A stretch of 64,000 bases of DNA, from the NCBI GenBank assembly GCA_964016885.1, contig OZ024759.1, forward strand, positions 2,294,001 through 2,358,000, in the 5' to 3' direction. Shown here piece by piece: positions 30,201-46,500 of this stretch (its first letter is position 1; every line of letters starts with the position of its first letter). The notes beneath the pieces were generated by a model. It had not been told where the DNA came from. It ran no database searches and saw only the letters and a list, made by a program, of their open reading frames with translations. The stretch comes from Eledone cirrhosa. Taxonomy: Eukaryota. Position numbers and translations under genes: made by a program.

Positions 30201-33200
30201 GACAAAGTCTATATTAGTAACATGACAAAGTCTATATTAGTAGCATGACACAGTCTATATTAGTAACATGACAAAGTCTATATTAGTAACATGACAGTCT
30301 ATATTAGTAACATGACACAGTCTATATTAGTAACATGACACAGTCTATATTAGTAGCATGACAAAGTCTATATTAGTAGCATGACACAGTCTATATTAGT
30401 AGCATGACACAGTCTATATTAGTAACATGACAAAGTCTATATTAGTAACATGACAAAGTCTATATTAGTAACATGACAAAGTCTATATTAGTAACATGAC
30501 AAAGTCTATATTAGTAGCATGACAAAGTCTATATTAGTAACATGACAAAGTCTATATTAGTAACATGGCAAAGTCTATATTAGTAGCATGACAAAGTCTA
30601 TATTAGTAACATGACAAAGTCTATATTAGTAGCATGACACAGTCTATATTAGTAACATGACAAAGTCTATATTAGTAACATGACAGTCTATATTAGCAAC
30701 ATGACACAGTCTATATTAGTAACATGACACAGTCTATATTAGTAACATGAGACAGTCTATATTAGTAACATGACAAAGTCTATATTAGTAACATGACACA
30801 GTCTATATTAGTAACATGACACAGTCTATATTAGTAACATGACAAAGTCTATATTAGTAACATGACACAGTCTATATTAGTAACATGACACAGTCTATAT
30901 TAGTAGCATGACAAAGTCTATGTTAGTAACATGACACAGTCTATATTAGTAGCATCACACAGTCTATATTAGTAACATGACAAAGTCTATATTAGTAACA
31001 TGACAAAGTTTATATTAGTAACATGACAAAGTCTATATTAGTAACATGACAAAGTCTATATTAGTAACATGACAAAGTCTATATTAGTAGCATGACAAAG
31101 TCTATATTAGTAACATGACAAAGTCTATATTTGTAACATGACAAAGTCTATATTAGTAACATGACAAAGTCTATATTAGTAACATGACAAAGTCTATATT
31201 AGTAACATGACACAGTCTATATTAGTAACATGACAGTCTATATTAGTAACATGACAGTCTACATTAGTAACATGACACAGTCTATATTAGTAACATGACA
31301 CAGTCTATATTAGTAGCATGACAAAGTCTATATTAGTAACATGACACAGTCTATATTAGTAGCATGACACAGTCTATATTAGTAACATGACAAAGTCTAT
31401 ATTAGTAACATGACAAAGTCTATATTAGTAACATGACAAAGTCTATATTAGTAACATGACAAAGTCTATATTAGTAGCATGACAAAGTCTATATTAGTAA
31501 CATGACAAAGTCTATATTAGTAACATGGCAAAGTCTATATTAGTAACATGACAAAGTCTATATTAGTAGCATGACACAGTCTATATTAGTAGCATGACAA
31601 AGTCTATATTAGTAACATGACAAAGTCTATATTAGTAGCATGACACAGTCTATATTAGTAACATGACAAAGTCTATATTAGTAACATGGCAAAGTCTATA
31701 TTAGTAACATGACAAAGTCTATATTAGTAACATGACACAGTCTATATTAGTAGCATGACAAAGTCTATATTAGTAACATGACAAAGTCTATATTAGTAGC
31801 ATGACACAGTCTATATTAGTAACATGACAAAGTCTATATTAGTAACATGACAGTCTATATTAGTAACATGACACAGTCTATATTAGTAACATGACACAGT
31901 CTATATTAGTAACATGAGACAGTCTATATTAGTAACATGACAAAGTCTATATTAGTAACATGACACAGTCTATATTAGTAACATGACACAGTCTATATTA
32001 GTAACATGACAAAGTCTATATTAGTAACATGACACAGTCTATATTAGTAACATGACACAGTCTATATTAGTAGCATGACAAAGTCTATGTTAGTAACATG
32101 ACACAGTCTATATTAGTAGCATCACACAGTCTATATTAGTAACATGACAAAGTCTATATTAGTAACATGACAAAGTTTATATTAGTAACATGACAAAGTC
32201 TATATTAGTAACATGACAAAGTCTATATTAGTAACATGACAGTCTATATTAGTAACATGACACAGTCTATATTAGTAACATGACAAAGTCTGTATTAGTA
32301 ACATGACAATGTCTATATTAGTAACATGACACAGTCTATATTAGTAGCATGACAAAGTCTATATTAGTAACATGACACAGTCTATATTAGTAGCATGACA
32401 CAGTCTATATTAGTAACATGACAAAGTCTATATTAGTAGCATGACAAAGTCTGTATTAGTAACATGACAGTCTATATTAGTAACATGACAAAGTCTATAT
32501 TAGTAACATGACAAAGTCTATATTAGTAGCATGACAAAGTCTATATTAGTAACATGACAAAGTCTATATTAGTAACATGACAAAGTCTATATTAGTAACA
32601 TGACACAGTCTATATTAGTAACATGACAAAGTCTATATTAGTAGCATGACAAAGTCTATATTAGTAACATGACAAAGTCTATATTAGTAACATGACAAAG
32701 TCTATATTAGTAACATGACAAAGTCTATATTAGTAACATGACTAAGTCTATATTAGTAACATGACACAGTCTATATTAGTAACATGACAGTCTATATTAG
32801 TAACATGACAGTCTACATTAGTAACATGACACAGTCTATATTAGTAACATGACACAGTCTATATTAGTAGCATGACAAAGTCTATATTAGTAGCATGACA
32901 CAGTCTATATTAGTAGCATGACACAGTCTATATTAGTAACATGACAAAGTCTATATTAGTAACATGACAAAGTCTATATTAGTAACATGACAAAGTCTAT
33001 ATTAGTAACATGACACAGTCTATATTAGTAACATGACAAAGTCTATATTAGTAGCATGACAAAGTCTATATTAGTAACATGACAAAGTCTATATTAGTAA
33101 CATGACAAAGTCTATATTAGTAACATGACAAAGTCTATATTAGTAACATGACAAGGTCTATATTAGTAACATGACAAAGTCTATATTAGTAATATGACAA

Positions 33201-36200
33201 AGTCTATATTAGTAACATGACAAAGTCTATATTAGTAACATGACACAGTCTATATTAGTAACATGACAAAGTCTATATTAGTAGCATGACAAAGTCTATA
33301 TTAGTAACATGACAAAGTCTATATTAGTAACATGACAAAGTCTATATTAGTAACATGACAAAGTCTATATTAGTAACATGACAAGGTCTATATTAGTAAC
33401 ATGACAAAGTCTATATTAGTAACATGACACAGTCTATATTAGTAACATGACAAAGTCTATATTAGTAGCATGACAAAGTCTGTATTAGTAACATGACAGT
33501 CTATATTAGTAACATGACAGTCTACATTAGTAACATGACACAGTCTATATCAGTAACATGACAAAGTCGATATTAGTAACATGACAATGTCTATATTAGT
33601 AACATGACAAAGTCTATATTAGTAACATGACAAAGTCTATATTAGTAGCATGACAAAGTCTATATTAGTAACATGACAAAGTCTATATTAGTAACATGAC
33701 AAAGTCTATATTAGTGACATGACACAGTCTATATTAGTAACATGACAAAGTCTATATTAGTAGCATGACAAAGTCTATATTAGTAACATGACAAAGTCTA
33801 TATTAGTAACATGACAAAGTCTATATTAGTAACATGACAAAGTCTATATTAGTAACATGACAAAGTCTATATTAGTAACATGACACAGTCTATATTAGTA
33901 ACATGACAGTCTATATTAGTAACATGACAGTCTACATTAGTAACATGACACAGTCTATATTAGTAACATGACACAGTCTATATTAGTAGCATGACAAAGT
34001 CTATATTAGTAACATGACACAGTCTATATTAGTAGCATGACACAGTCTATATTAGTAACATGACAAAGTCTATATTAGTAACATGACAAAGTCTATATTA
34101 GTAACATGACAAAGTCTATATTAGTAACATGACAAAGTCTATATTAGTAGCATGACAAAGTCTAAATTAGTAACATGACAAAGTCTATATTAGTAACATG
34201 GCAAAGTCTATATTAGTAACATGACAAAGTCTATATTAGTAACATGACACAGTCTATATTAGTAGCATGACAAAGTCTATATTAGTAACATGACAAAGTC
34301 TATATTAGTAGCATGACACAGTCTATATTAGTAACATGACAAAGTCTATATTAGTAACATGGCAAAGTCTATATTAGTAACATGACAAAGTCTATATTAG
34401 TAACATGACACAGTCTATATTAGTAGCATGACAAAGTCTATATTAGTAACATGACAAAGTCTATATTAGTAGCATGACACAGTCTATATTAGTAACATGA
34501 CAAAGTCTATATTAGTAACATGACAGTCTATATTAGTAACATGACACAGTCTATATTAGTAACATGACACAGTCTATATTAGTAACATGAGACAGTCTAT
34601 ATTAGTAACATGACAAAGTCTATATTAGTAACATGACACAGTCTATATTAGTAACATGACACAGTCTATATTAGTAACATGACAAAGTCTATATTAGTAA
34701 CATGACACAGTCTATATTAGTAACATGACACAGTCTATATTAGTAACATGACAAAGTCTATATTAGTAACATGACAAAGTTTATATTAGTAACATGACAA
34801 AGTCTATATTAGTAACATGACAAAGTCTATATTAGTAACATGACAGTCTATATTAGTAACATGACACAGTCTATATTAGTAACATGACAAAGTCTGTATT
34901 AGTAACATGACAATGTCTATATTAGTAACATGACACAGTCTATATTAGTAGCATGACAAAGTCTATATTAGTAACATGACACAGTCTATATTAGTAGCAT
35001 GACACAGTCTATATTAGTAACATGACAAAGTCTATATTAGTAGCATGACAAAGTCTGTATTAGTAACATGACAGTCTATATTAGTAACATGACAAAGTCT
35101 ATATTAGTAACATGACAAAGTCTATATTAGTAGCATGACAAAGTCTATATTAGTAACATGACAAAGTCTATATTAGTAACATGACAAAGTCTATATTAGT
35201 AACATGACACAGTCTATATTAGTAACATGACAAAGTCTATATTAGTAGCATGACAAAGTCTATATTAGTAACATGACAAAGTCTATATTAGTAACATGAC
35301 AAAGTCTATATTAGTAACATGACAAAGTCTATATTAGTAACATGACTAAGTCTATATTAGTAACATGACACAGTCTATATTAGTAACATGACAGTCTATA
35401 TTAGTAACATGACAGTCTACATTAGTAACATGACACAGTCTATATTAGTAACATGACACAGTCTATATTAGTAGCATGACAAAGTCTATATTAGTAGCAT
35501 GACACAGTCTATATTAGTAGCATGACACAGTCTATATTAGTAACATGACAAAGTCTATATTAGTAACATGACAAAGTCTATATTAGTAACATGACAAAGT
35601 CTATATTAGTAACATGACAAAGTCTATATTAGTAGCATGACAAAGTCTATATTAGTAACATGGCAAAGTCTATATTAGTAGCATGACAAAGTCTATATTA
35701 GTAACATGACAAAGTCTATATTAGTAGCATGACACAGTCTATATTAGTAACATGACAAAGGCTATATTAGTAACATGACAGTCTATATTAGTAACATGAC
35801 ACAGTCTATATTAGTAACATGACACAGTCTATATTAGTAGCATGACAAAGTCTATATTAGTAGCATGACACAGTCTATATTAGTAGCATGACACAGTCTA
35901 TATTAGTAACATGACAAAGTCTATATTAGTAACATGACAAAGTCTATATTAGTAACATGACAAAGTCTATATTAGTAACATGACAAAGTCTATATTAGTA
36001 GCATGACAAAGTCTATATTAGTAACATGGCAAAGTCTATATTAGTAGCATGACAAAGTCTATATTAGTAACATGACAAAGTCTATATTAGTAGCATGACA
36101 CAGTCTATATTAGTAACATGACAAAGTCTATATTAGTAACATGACAGTCTATATTAGTAACATGACACAGTCTATATTAGTAACATGACACAGTCTATAT

Positions 36201-37599
36201 TAGTAACATGAGACAGTCTATATTAGTAACATGACAAAGTCTATATTAGTAACATGACACAGTCTATATTAGTAACATGACACAGTCTATATTAGTAACA
36301 TGACAAAGTCTATATTAGTAACATGACACAGTCTATATTAGTAACATGACACAGTCTATATTAGTAGCATGACAAAGTCTATGTTAGTAACATGACACAG
36401 TCTATATTAGTAGCATCACACAGTCTATATTAGTAACATGACAAAGTCTATATTAGTAACATGACAAAGTTTATATTAGTAACATGACAAAGTCTATATT
36501 AGTAACATGACAAAGTCTATATTAGTAACATGACAAAGTCTATATTAGTAGCATGACAAAGTCTATATTAGTAACATGACAAAGTCTATATTAGTAACAT
36601 GACAAAGTCTATATTAGTAACATGACAAAGTCTATATTAGTAACATGACAAAGTCTATATTAGTAACATGACACAGTCTATATTAGTAACATGACAGTCT
36701 ATATTAGTAACATGACAGTCTACATTAGTAACATGACACAGTCTATATTAGTAACATGACACAGTCTATATTAGTAGCATGACAAAGTCTATATTAGTAA
36801 CATGACACAGTCTATATTAGTAGCATGACACAGTCTATATTAGTAACATGACAAAGTCTATATTAGTAACATGACAAAGTCTATATTAGTAACATGACAA
36901 AGTCTATATTAGTAACATGACAAAGTCTATATTAGTAGCATGACAAAGTCTATATTAGTAACATGACAAAGTCTATATTAGTAACATGGCAAAGTCTATA
37001 TTAGTAACATGACAAAGTCTATATTAGTAACATGACACAGTCTATATTAGTAGCATGACAAAGTCTATATTAGTAACATGACAAAGTCTATATTAGTAGC
37101 ATGACACAGTCTATATTAGTAACATGACAAAGTCTATATTAGTAACATGGCAAAGTCTATATTAGTAACATGACAAAGTCTATATTAGTAACATGACACA
37201 GTCTATATTAGTAGCATGACAAAGTCTATATTAGTAACATGACAAAGTCTATATTAGTAGCATGACACAGTCTATATTAGTAACATGACAAAGTCTATAT
37301 TAGTAACATGACAGTCTATATTAGTAACATGACACAGTCTATATTAGTAACATGACACAGTCTATATTAGTAACATGAGACAGTCTATATTAGTAACATG
37401 ACAAAGTCTATATTAGTAACATGACACAGTCTATATTAGTAACATGACACAGTCTATATTAGTAACATGACAAAGTCTATATTAGTAACATGACACAGTC
37501 TATATTAGTAACATGACACAGTCTATATTAGTAGCATGACAAAGTCTACGTTAGTAACATGACACAGTCTATATTAGTAGCATCACACAGTCTATATTA

Positions 37600-40500
37600 G
37601 TAACATGACAAAGTCTGTATTAGTAACATGACAATGTCTATATTAGTAACATGACACAGTCTATATTAGTAGCATGACAAAGTCTATATTAGTAACATGA
37701 CACAGTCTATATTAGTAGCATGACACAGTCTATATTAGTAACATGACAAAGTCTATATTAGTAGCATGACAAAGTCTGTATTAGTAACATGACAGTCTAT
37801 ATTAGTAACATGACAAAGTCTATATTAGTAACATGACAAAGTCTATATTAGTAGCATGACAAAGTCTATATTAGTAACATGACAAAGTCTATATTAGTAA
37901 CATGACAAAGTCTATATTAGTAACATGACACAGTCTATATTAGTAACATGACAAAGTCTATATTAGTAGCATGACAAAGTCTATATTAGTAACATGACAA
38001 AGTCTATATTAGTAACATGACAAAGTCTATATTAGTAACATGACAAAGTCTATATTAGTAACATGACTAAGTCTATATTAGTAACATGACACAGTCTATA
38101 TTAGTAACATGACAGTCTATATTAGTAACATGACAGTCTACATTAGTAACATGACACAGTCTATATTAGTAACATGACACAGTCTATATTAGTAGCATGA
38201 CAAAGTCTATATTAGTAGCATGACACAGTCTATATTAGTAGCATGACACAGTCTATATTAGTAACATGACAAAGTCTATATTAGTAACATGACAAAGTCT
38301 ATATTAGTAACATGACAAAGTCTATATTAGTAACATGACAAAGTCTATATTAGTAGCATGACAAAGTCTATATTAGTAACATGACAAAGTCTATATTAGT
38401 AACATGGCAAAGTCTATATTAGTAAGATGACAAAGTCTATATTAGTAACATGACACAGTCTATATTAGTAGCATGACAAAGTCTATATTAGTAACATGAC
38501 AAAGTCTATATTAGTAGCATGACACAGTCTATATTAGTAACATGACAAAGTCTATATTAGTAACATGGCAAAGTCTATATTAGTAACATGACAAAGTCTA
38601 TATTAGTAACATGACACAGTCTATATTAGTAGCATGACAAAGTCTATATTAGTAACATGACAAAGTCTATATTAGTAGCATGACACAGTCTATATTAGTA
38701 ACATGACAAAGTCTATATTAGTAACATGACAGTCTATATTAGTAACATGACACAGTCTATATTAGTAACATGACACAGTCTATATTAGTAACATGAGACA
38801 GTCTATATTAGTAACATGACAAAGTCTATATTAGTAACATGACACAGTCTATATTAGTAACATGACACAGTCTATATTAGTAACATGACAAAGTCTATAT
38901 TAGTAACATGACACAGTCTATATTAGTAACATGACACAGTCTATATTAGTAGCATGACAAAGTCTATGTTAGTAACATGACACAGTCTATATTAGTAGCA
39001 TCACACAGTCTATATTAGTAACATGACAAAGTCTATATTAGTAACATGACAAAGTTTATATTAGTAACATGACAAAGTCTATATTAGTAACATGACAAAG
39101 TCTATATTAGTAACATGACAGTCTATATTAGTAACATGACACAGTCTATATTAGTAACATGACAAAGTCTGTATTAGTAACATGACAATGTCTATATTAG
39201 TAACATGACACAGTCTATATTAGTAGCATGACAAAGTCTATATTAGTAACATGACACAGTCTATATTAGTAGCATGACACAGTCTATATTAGTAACATGA
39301 CAAAGTCTATATTAGTAACATGACAAAGTCTATATTAGTAGCATGACAAAGAATATATTAGTAACATGACAAAGTCTATATTAGTAGCATGACAAAGTCT
39401 ATATTAGTAACATGACAAAGTCTATATTAGTAACATGGCAAAGTCTATATTAGTAACATGACAAAGTCTATATTAGTAACATGACACAGTCTATATTAGT
39501 AGCATGACAAAGTCTATATTAGTAACATGACTAAGTCTATATTAGTAACATGACACAGTCTATATTAGTAACATGACAGTCTATATTAGTAACATGACAG
39601 TCTACATTAGTAACATGACACAGTCTATATTAGTAACATGACACAGTCTATATTAGTAGCATGACAAAGTCTATATTAGTAGCATGACACAGTCTATATT
39701 AGTAGCATGACACAGTCTATATTAGTAACATGACAAAGTCTATATTAGTAACATGACAAAGTCTATATTAGTAACATGACAAAGTCTATATTAGTAACAT
39801 GACAAAGTCTATATTAGTAGCATGACAAAGTCTATATTAGTAACATGACAAAGTCTATATTAGTAACATGGCAAAGTCTATATTAGTAGCATGACAAAGT
39901 CTATATTAGTAACATGACAAAGTCTATATTAGTAGCATGACACAGTCTATATTAGTAACATGACAAAGTCTATATTAGTAACATGACAGTCTATATTAGT
40001 AACATGACACAGTCTATATTAGTAACATGACACAGTCTATATTAGTAACATGAGACAGTCTATATTAGTAACATGACAAAGTCTATATTAGTAACATGAC
40101 ACAGTCTATATTAGTAACATGACACAGTCTATATTAGTAACATGACAAAGTCTATATTAGTAACATGACACAGTCTATATTAGTAACATGACACAGTCTA
40201 TATTAGTAGCATGACAAAGTCTATGTTAGTAACATGACACAGTCTATATTAGTAGCATCACACAGTCTATATTAGTAACATGACAAAGTCTATATTAGTA
40301 ACATGACAAAGTTTATATTAGTAACATGACAAAGTCTATATTAGTAACATGACAAAGTCTATATTAGTAACATGACAAAGTCTATATTAGTAGCATGACA
40401 AAGTCTATATTAGTAACATGACAAAGTCTATATTAGTAACATGACAAAGTCTATATTAGTAACATGACAAAGTCTATATTAGTAACATGACAAAGTCTAT

Positions 40501-43500
40501 ATTAGTAACATGACACAGTCTATATTAGTAACATGACAGTCTATATTAGTAACATGACAGTCTACATTAGTAACATGACACAGTCTATATTAGTAACATG
40601 ACACAGTCTATATTAGTAGCATGACAAAGTCTATATTAGTAACATGACACAGTCTATATTAGTAGCATGACACAGTCTATATTAGTAACATGACAAAGTC
40701 TATATTAGTAACATGACAAAGTCTATATTAGTAACATGACAAAGTCTATATTAGTAACATGACAAAGTCTATATTAGTAGCATGACAAAGTCTATATTAG
40801 TAACATGACAAAGTCTATATTAGTAACATGGCAAAGTCTATATTAGTAACATGACAAAGTCTATATTAGTAACATGACACAGTCTATATTAGTATCATGA
40901 CAAAGTCTATATTAGTAACATGACAAAGTCTATATTAGTAGCATGACACAGTCTATATTAGTAACATGACAAAGTCTATATTAGTAACATGGCAAAGTCT
41001 ATATTAGTAACATGACAAAGTCTATATTAGTAACATGACACAGTCTATATTAGTAGCATGACAAAGTCTATATTAGTAACATGACAAAGTCTATATTAGT
41101 AGCATGACACAGTCTATATTAGTAACATGACAAAGTCTATATTAGTAACATGACAGTCTATATTAGTAACATGACACAGTCTATATTAGTAACATGACAC
41201 AGTCTATATTAGTAACATGAGACAGTCTATATTAGTAACATGACAAAGTCTATATTAGTAACATGACACAGTCTATATTAGTAACATGACACAGTCTATA
41301 TTAGTAACATGACAAAGTCTATATTAGTAACATGACACAGTCTATATTAGTAACATGACACAGTCTATATTAGTAGCATGACAAAGTCTATGTTAGTAAC
41401 ATGACACAGTCTATATTAGTAGCATCACACAGTCTATATTAGTAGCATGACAAAGTCTATATTAGTAACATGACACAGTCTATATTAGTAGCATGACACA
41501 GTCTATATTAGTAACATGACAAAGTCTATATTAGTAACATGACAAAGTCTATATTAGTAACATGACAAAGTCTATATTAGTAACATGACAAAGTCTATAT
41601 TAGTAGCATGACAAAGTCTATATTAGTAACATGACAAAGTCTATATTAGTAACATGGCAAAGTCTATATTAGTAACATGACAAAGTCTATATTAGTAACA
41701 TGACACAGTCTATATTAGTAGCATGACAAAGTCTATATTAGTAACATGACAAAGTCTATATTAGTAGCATGACACAGTCTATATTAGTAACATGACAAAG
41801 TCTATATTAGTAACATGGCAAAGTCTATATTAGTAACATGACAAAGTCTATATTAGTAACATGACACAGTCTATATTAGTAGCATGACAAAGTCTATATT
41901 AGTAACATGACAAAGTCTATATTAGTAGCATGACACAGTCTATATTAGTAACATGACAAAGTCTATATTAGTAACATGACAGTCTATATTAGTAACATGA
42001 CACAGTCTATATTAGTAACATGACACAGTCTATATTAGTAACATGAGACAGTCTATATTAGTAACATGACAAAGTCTATATTAGTAACATGACACAGTCT
42101 ATATTAGTAACATGACACAGTCTATATTAGTAACATGACAAAGTCTATATTAGTAACATGACACAGTCTATATTAGTAACATGACACAGTCTATATTAGT
42201 AGCATGACAAAGTCTATGTTAGTAACATGACACAGTCTATATTAGTAGCATCACACAGTCTATATTAGTAACATGACAAAGTCTATATTAGTAACATGAC
42301 AAAGTTTATATTAGTAACATGACAAAGTCTATATTAGTAACATGACAAAGTCTATATTAGTAACATGACAGTCTATATTAGTAACATGACACAGTCTATA
42401 TTAGTAACATGACAAAGTCTGTATTAGTAACATGACAATGTCTATATTAGTAACATGACACAGTCTATATTAGTAGCATGACAAAGTCTATATTAGTAAC
42501 ATGACACAGTCTATATTAGTAGCATGACACAGTCTATATTAGTAACATGACAAAGTCTATATTAGTAGCATGACAAAGTCTGTATTAGTAACATGACAGT
42601 CTATATTAGTAACATGACAAAGTCTATATTAGTAACATGACAAAGTCTATATTAGTAGCATGACAAAGTCTATATTAGTAACATGACAAAGTCTATATTA
42701 GTAACATGACAAAGTCTATATTAGTAACATGACACAGTCTATATTAGTAACATGACAAAGTCTATATTAGTAGCATGACAAAGTCTATATTAGTAACATG
42801 ACAAAGTCTATATTAGTAACATGACAAAGTCTATATTAGTAACATGACAAAGTCTATATTAGTAACATGACTAAGTCTATATTAGTAACATGACACAGTC
42901 TATATTAGTAACATGACAGTCTATATTAGTAACATGACAGTCTACATTAGTAACATGACACAGTCTATATTAGTAACATGACACAGTCTATATTAGTAGC
43001 ATGACAAAGTCTATATTAGTAGCATGACACAGTCTATATTAGTAGCATGACACAGTCTATATTAGTAACATGACAAAGTCTATATTAGTAACATGACAAA
43101 GTCTATATTAGTAACATGACAAAGTCTATATTAGTAACATGACAAAGTCTATATTAGTAGCATGACAAAGTCTATATTAGTAACATGACAAAGTCTATAT
43201 TAGTAACATGGCAAAGTCTATATTAGTAAGATGACAAAGTCTATATTAGTAACATGACACAGTCTATATTAGTAGCATGACAAAGTCTATATTAGTAACA
43301 TGACAAAGTCTATATTAGTAGCATGACACAGTCTATATTAGTAACATGACAAAGTCTATATTAGTAACATGGCAAAGTCTATATTAGTAACATGACAAAG
43401 TCTATATTAGTAACATGACACAGTCTATATTAGTAGCATGACAAAGTCTATATTAGTAACATGACAAAGTCTATATTAGTAGCATGACACAGTCTATATT

Positions 43501-46500
43501 AGTAACATGACAAAGTCTATATTAGTAACATGACAGTCTATATTAGTAACATGACACAGTCTATATTAGTAACATGACACAGTCTATATTAGTAACATGA
43601 GACAGTCTATATTAGTAACATGACAAAGTCTATATTAGTAACATGACACAGTCTATATTAGTAACATGACACAGTCTATATTAGTAACATGACAAAGTCT
43701 ATATTAGTAACATGACACAGTCTATATTAGTAACATGACACAGTCTATATTAGTAGCATGACAAAGTCTATGTTAGTAACATGACACAGTCTATATTAGT
43801 AGCATCACACAGTCTATATTAGTAACATGACAAAGTCTATATTAGTAACATGACAAAGTTTATATTAGTAACATGACAAAGTCTATATTAGTAACATGAC
43901 AAAGTCTATATTAGTAACATGACAGTCTATATTAGTAACATGACACAGTCTATATTAGTAACATGACAAAGTCTGTATTAGTAACATGACAATGTCTATA
44001 TTAGTAACATGACACAGTCTATATTAGTAGCATGACAAAGTCTATATTAGTAACATGACACAGTCTATATTAGTAGCATGACACAGTCTATATTAGTAAC
44101 ATGACAAAGTCTATATTAGTAACATGACAAAGTCTATATTAGTAGCATGACAAAGAATATATTAGTAACATGACAAAGTCTATATTAGTAGCATGACAAA
44201 GTCTATATTAGTAACATGACAAAGTCTATATTAGTAACATGGCAAAGTCTATATTAGTAACATGACAAAGTCTATATTAGTAACATGACACAGTCTATAT
44301 TAGTAGCATGACAAAGTCTATATTAGTAACATGACTAAGTCTATATTAGTAACATGACACAGTCTATATTAGTAACATGACAGTCTATATTAGTAACATG
44401 ACAGTCTACATTAGTAACATGACACAGTCTATATTAGTAACATGACACAGTCTATATTAGTAGCATGACAAAGTCTATATTAGTAGCATGACACAGTCCA
44501 TATTAGTAGCATGACACAGTCTATATTGGTAACATGACAAAGTCTATATTAGTAACATGACAAAGTCTATATTAGTAACATGACAAAGTCTATATTAGTA
44601 ACATGACAAAGTCTATATTAGTAGCATGACAAAGTCTATATTAGTAACATGACAAAGTCTATATTAGTAACATGGCAAAGTCTATATTAGTAGCATGACA
44701 AAGTCTATATTAGTAACATGACAAAGTCTATATTAGTAGCATGACACAGTCTATATTAGTAACATGACAAAGTCTATATTAGTAACATGACAGTCTATAT
44801 TAGTAACATGACACAGTCTATATTAGTAACATGACACAGTCTATATTAGTAACATGAGACAGTCTATATTAGTAACATGACAAAGTCTATATTAGTTACA
44901 TGACACAGTCTATATTAGTAACATGACACAGTCTATATTAGTAACATGACAAAGTCTATATTAGTAACATGACACAGTCTATATTAGTAACATGACACAG
45001 TCTATATTAGTAGCATGACAAAGTCTATGTTAGTAACATGACACAGTCTATATTAGTAGCATCACACAGTCTATATTAGTAACATGACAAAGTCTATATT
45101 AGTAACATGACAAAGTTTATATTAGTAACATGACAAAGTCTATATTAGTAACATGACAAAGTCTATATTAGTAACATGACAAAGTCTATATTAGTAGCAT
45201 GACAAAGTCTATATTAGTAACATGACAAGGTCTATATTAGTAACATGACAAAGTCTATATTAGTAACATGACAAAGTCTATATTAGTAACATGACAAAGT
45301 CTATATTAGTAACATGACACAGTCTATATTAGTAACATGACAGTCTATATTAGTAACATGACAGTCTACATTAGTAACATGACACAGTCTATATTAGTAA
45401 CATGACACAGTCTATATTAGTAGCATGACAAAGTCTATATTAGTAACATGACACAGTCTATATTAGTAGCATGACACAGTCTATATTAGTAACATGACAA
45501 AGTCTATATTAGTAACATGACAAAGTCTATATTAGTAACATGACAAAGTCTATATTAGTAACATGACAAAGTCTATATTAGTAGCATGACAAAGTCTATA
45601 TTAGTAACATGACAAAGTCTATATTAGTAACATGGCAAAGTCTATATTAGTAACATGACAAAGTCTATATTAGTAACATGACACAGTCTATATTAGTAGC
45701 ATGACAAAGTCTATATTAGTAACATGACAAAGTCTATATTAGTAGCATGACACAGTCTATATTAGTAACATGACAAAGTCTATATTAGTAACATGGCAAA
45801 GTCTATATTAGTAACATGACAAAGTCTATATTAGTAACATGACACAGTCTATATTAGTAGCATGACAAAGTCTATATTAGTAACATGACAAAGTCTATAT
45901 TAGTAGCATGACACAGTCTATATTAGTAACATGACAAAGTCTATATTAGTAACATGACAGTCTATATTAGTAACATGACACAGTCTATATTAGTAACATG
46001 ACACAGTCTATATTAGTAACATGAGACAGTCTATATTAGTAACATGACAAAGTCTATATTAGTAACATGACACAGTCTATATTAGTAACATGACACAGTC
46101 TATATTAGTAACATGACAAAGTCTATATTAGTAACATGACACAGTCTATATTAGTAACATGACACAGTCTATATTAGTAGCATGACAAAGTCTATGTTAG
46201 TAACATGACACAGTCTATATTAGTAGCATCACACAGTCTATATTAGTAACATGACAAAGTCTATATTAGTAACATGACAAAGTTTATATTAGTAACATGA
46301 CAAAGTCTATATTAGTAACATGACAAAGTCTATATTAGTAACATGACAAAGTCTATATTAGTAGCATGACAAAGAATATATTAGTAACATGACAAAGTCT
46401 ATATTAGTAGCATGACAAAGTCTATATTAGTAACATGACAAAGTCTATATTAGTAACATGGCAAAGTCTATATTAGTAACATGACAAAGTCTATATTAGT

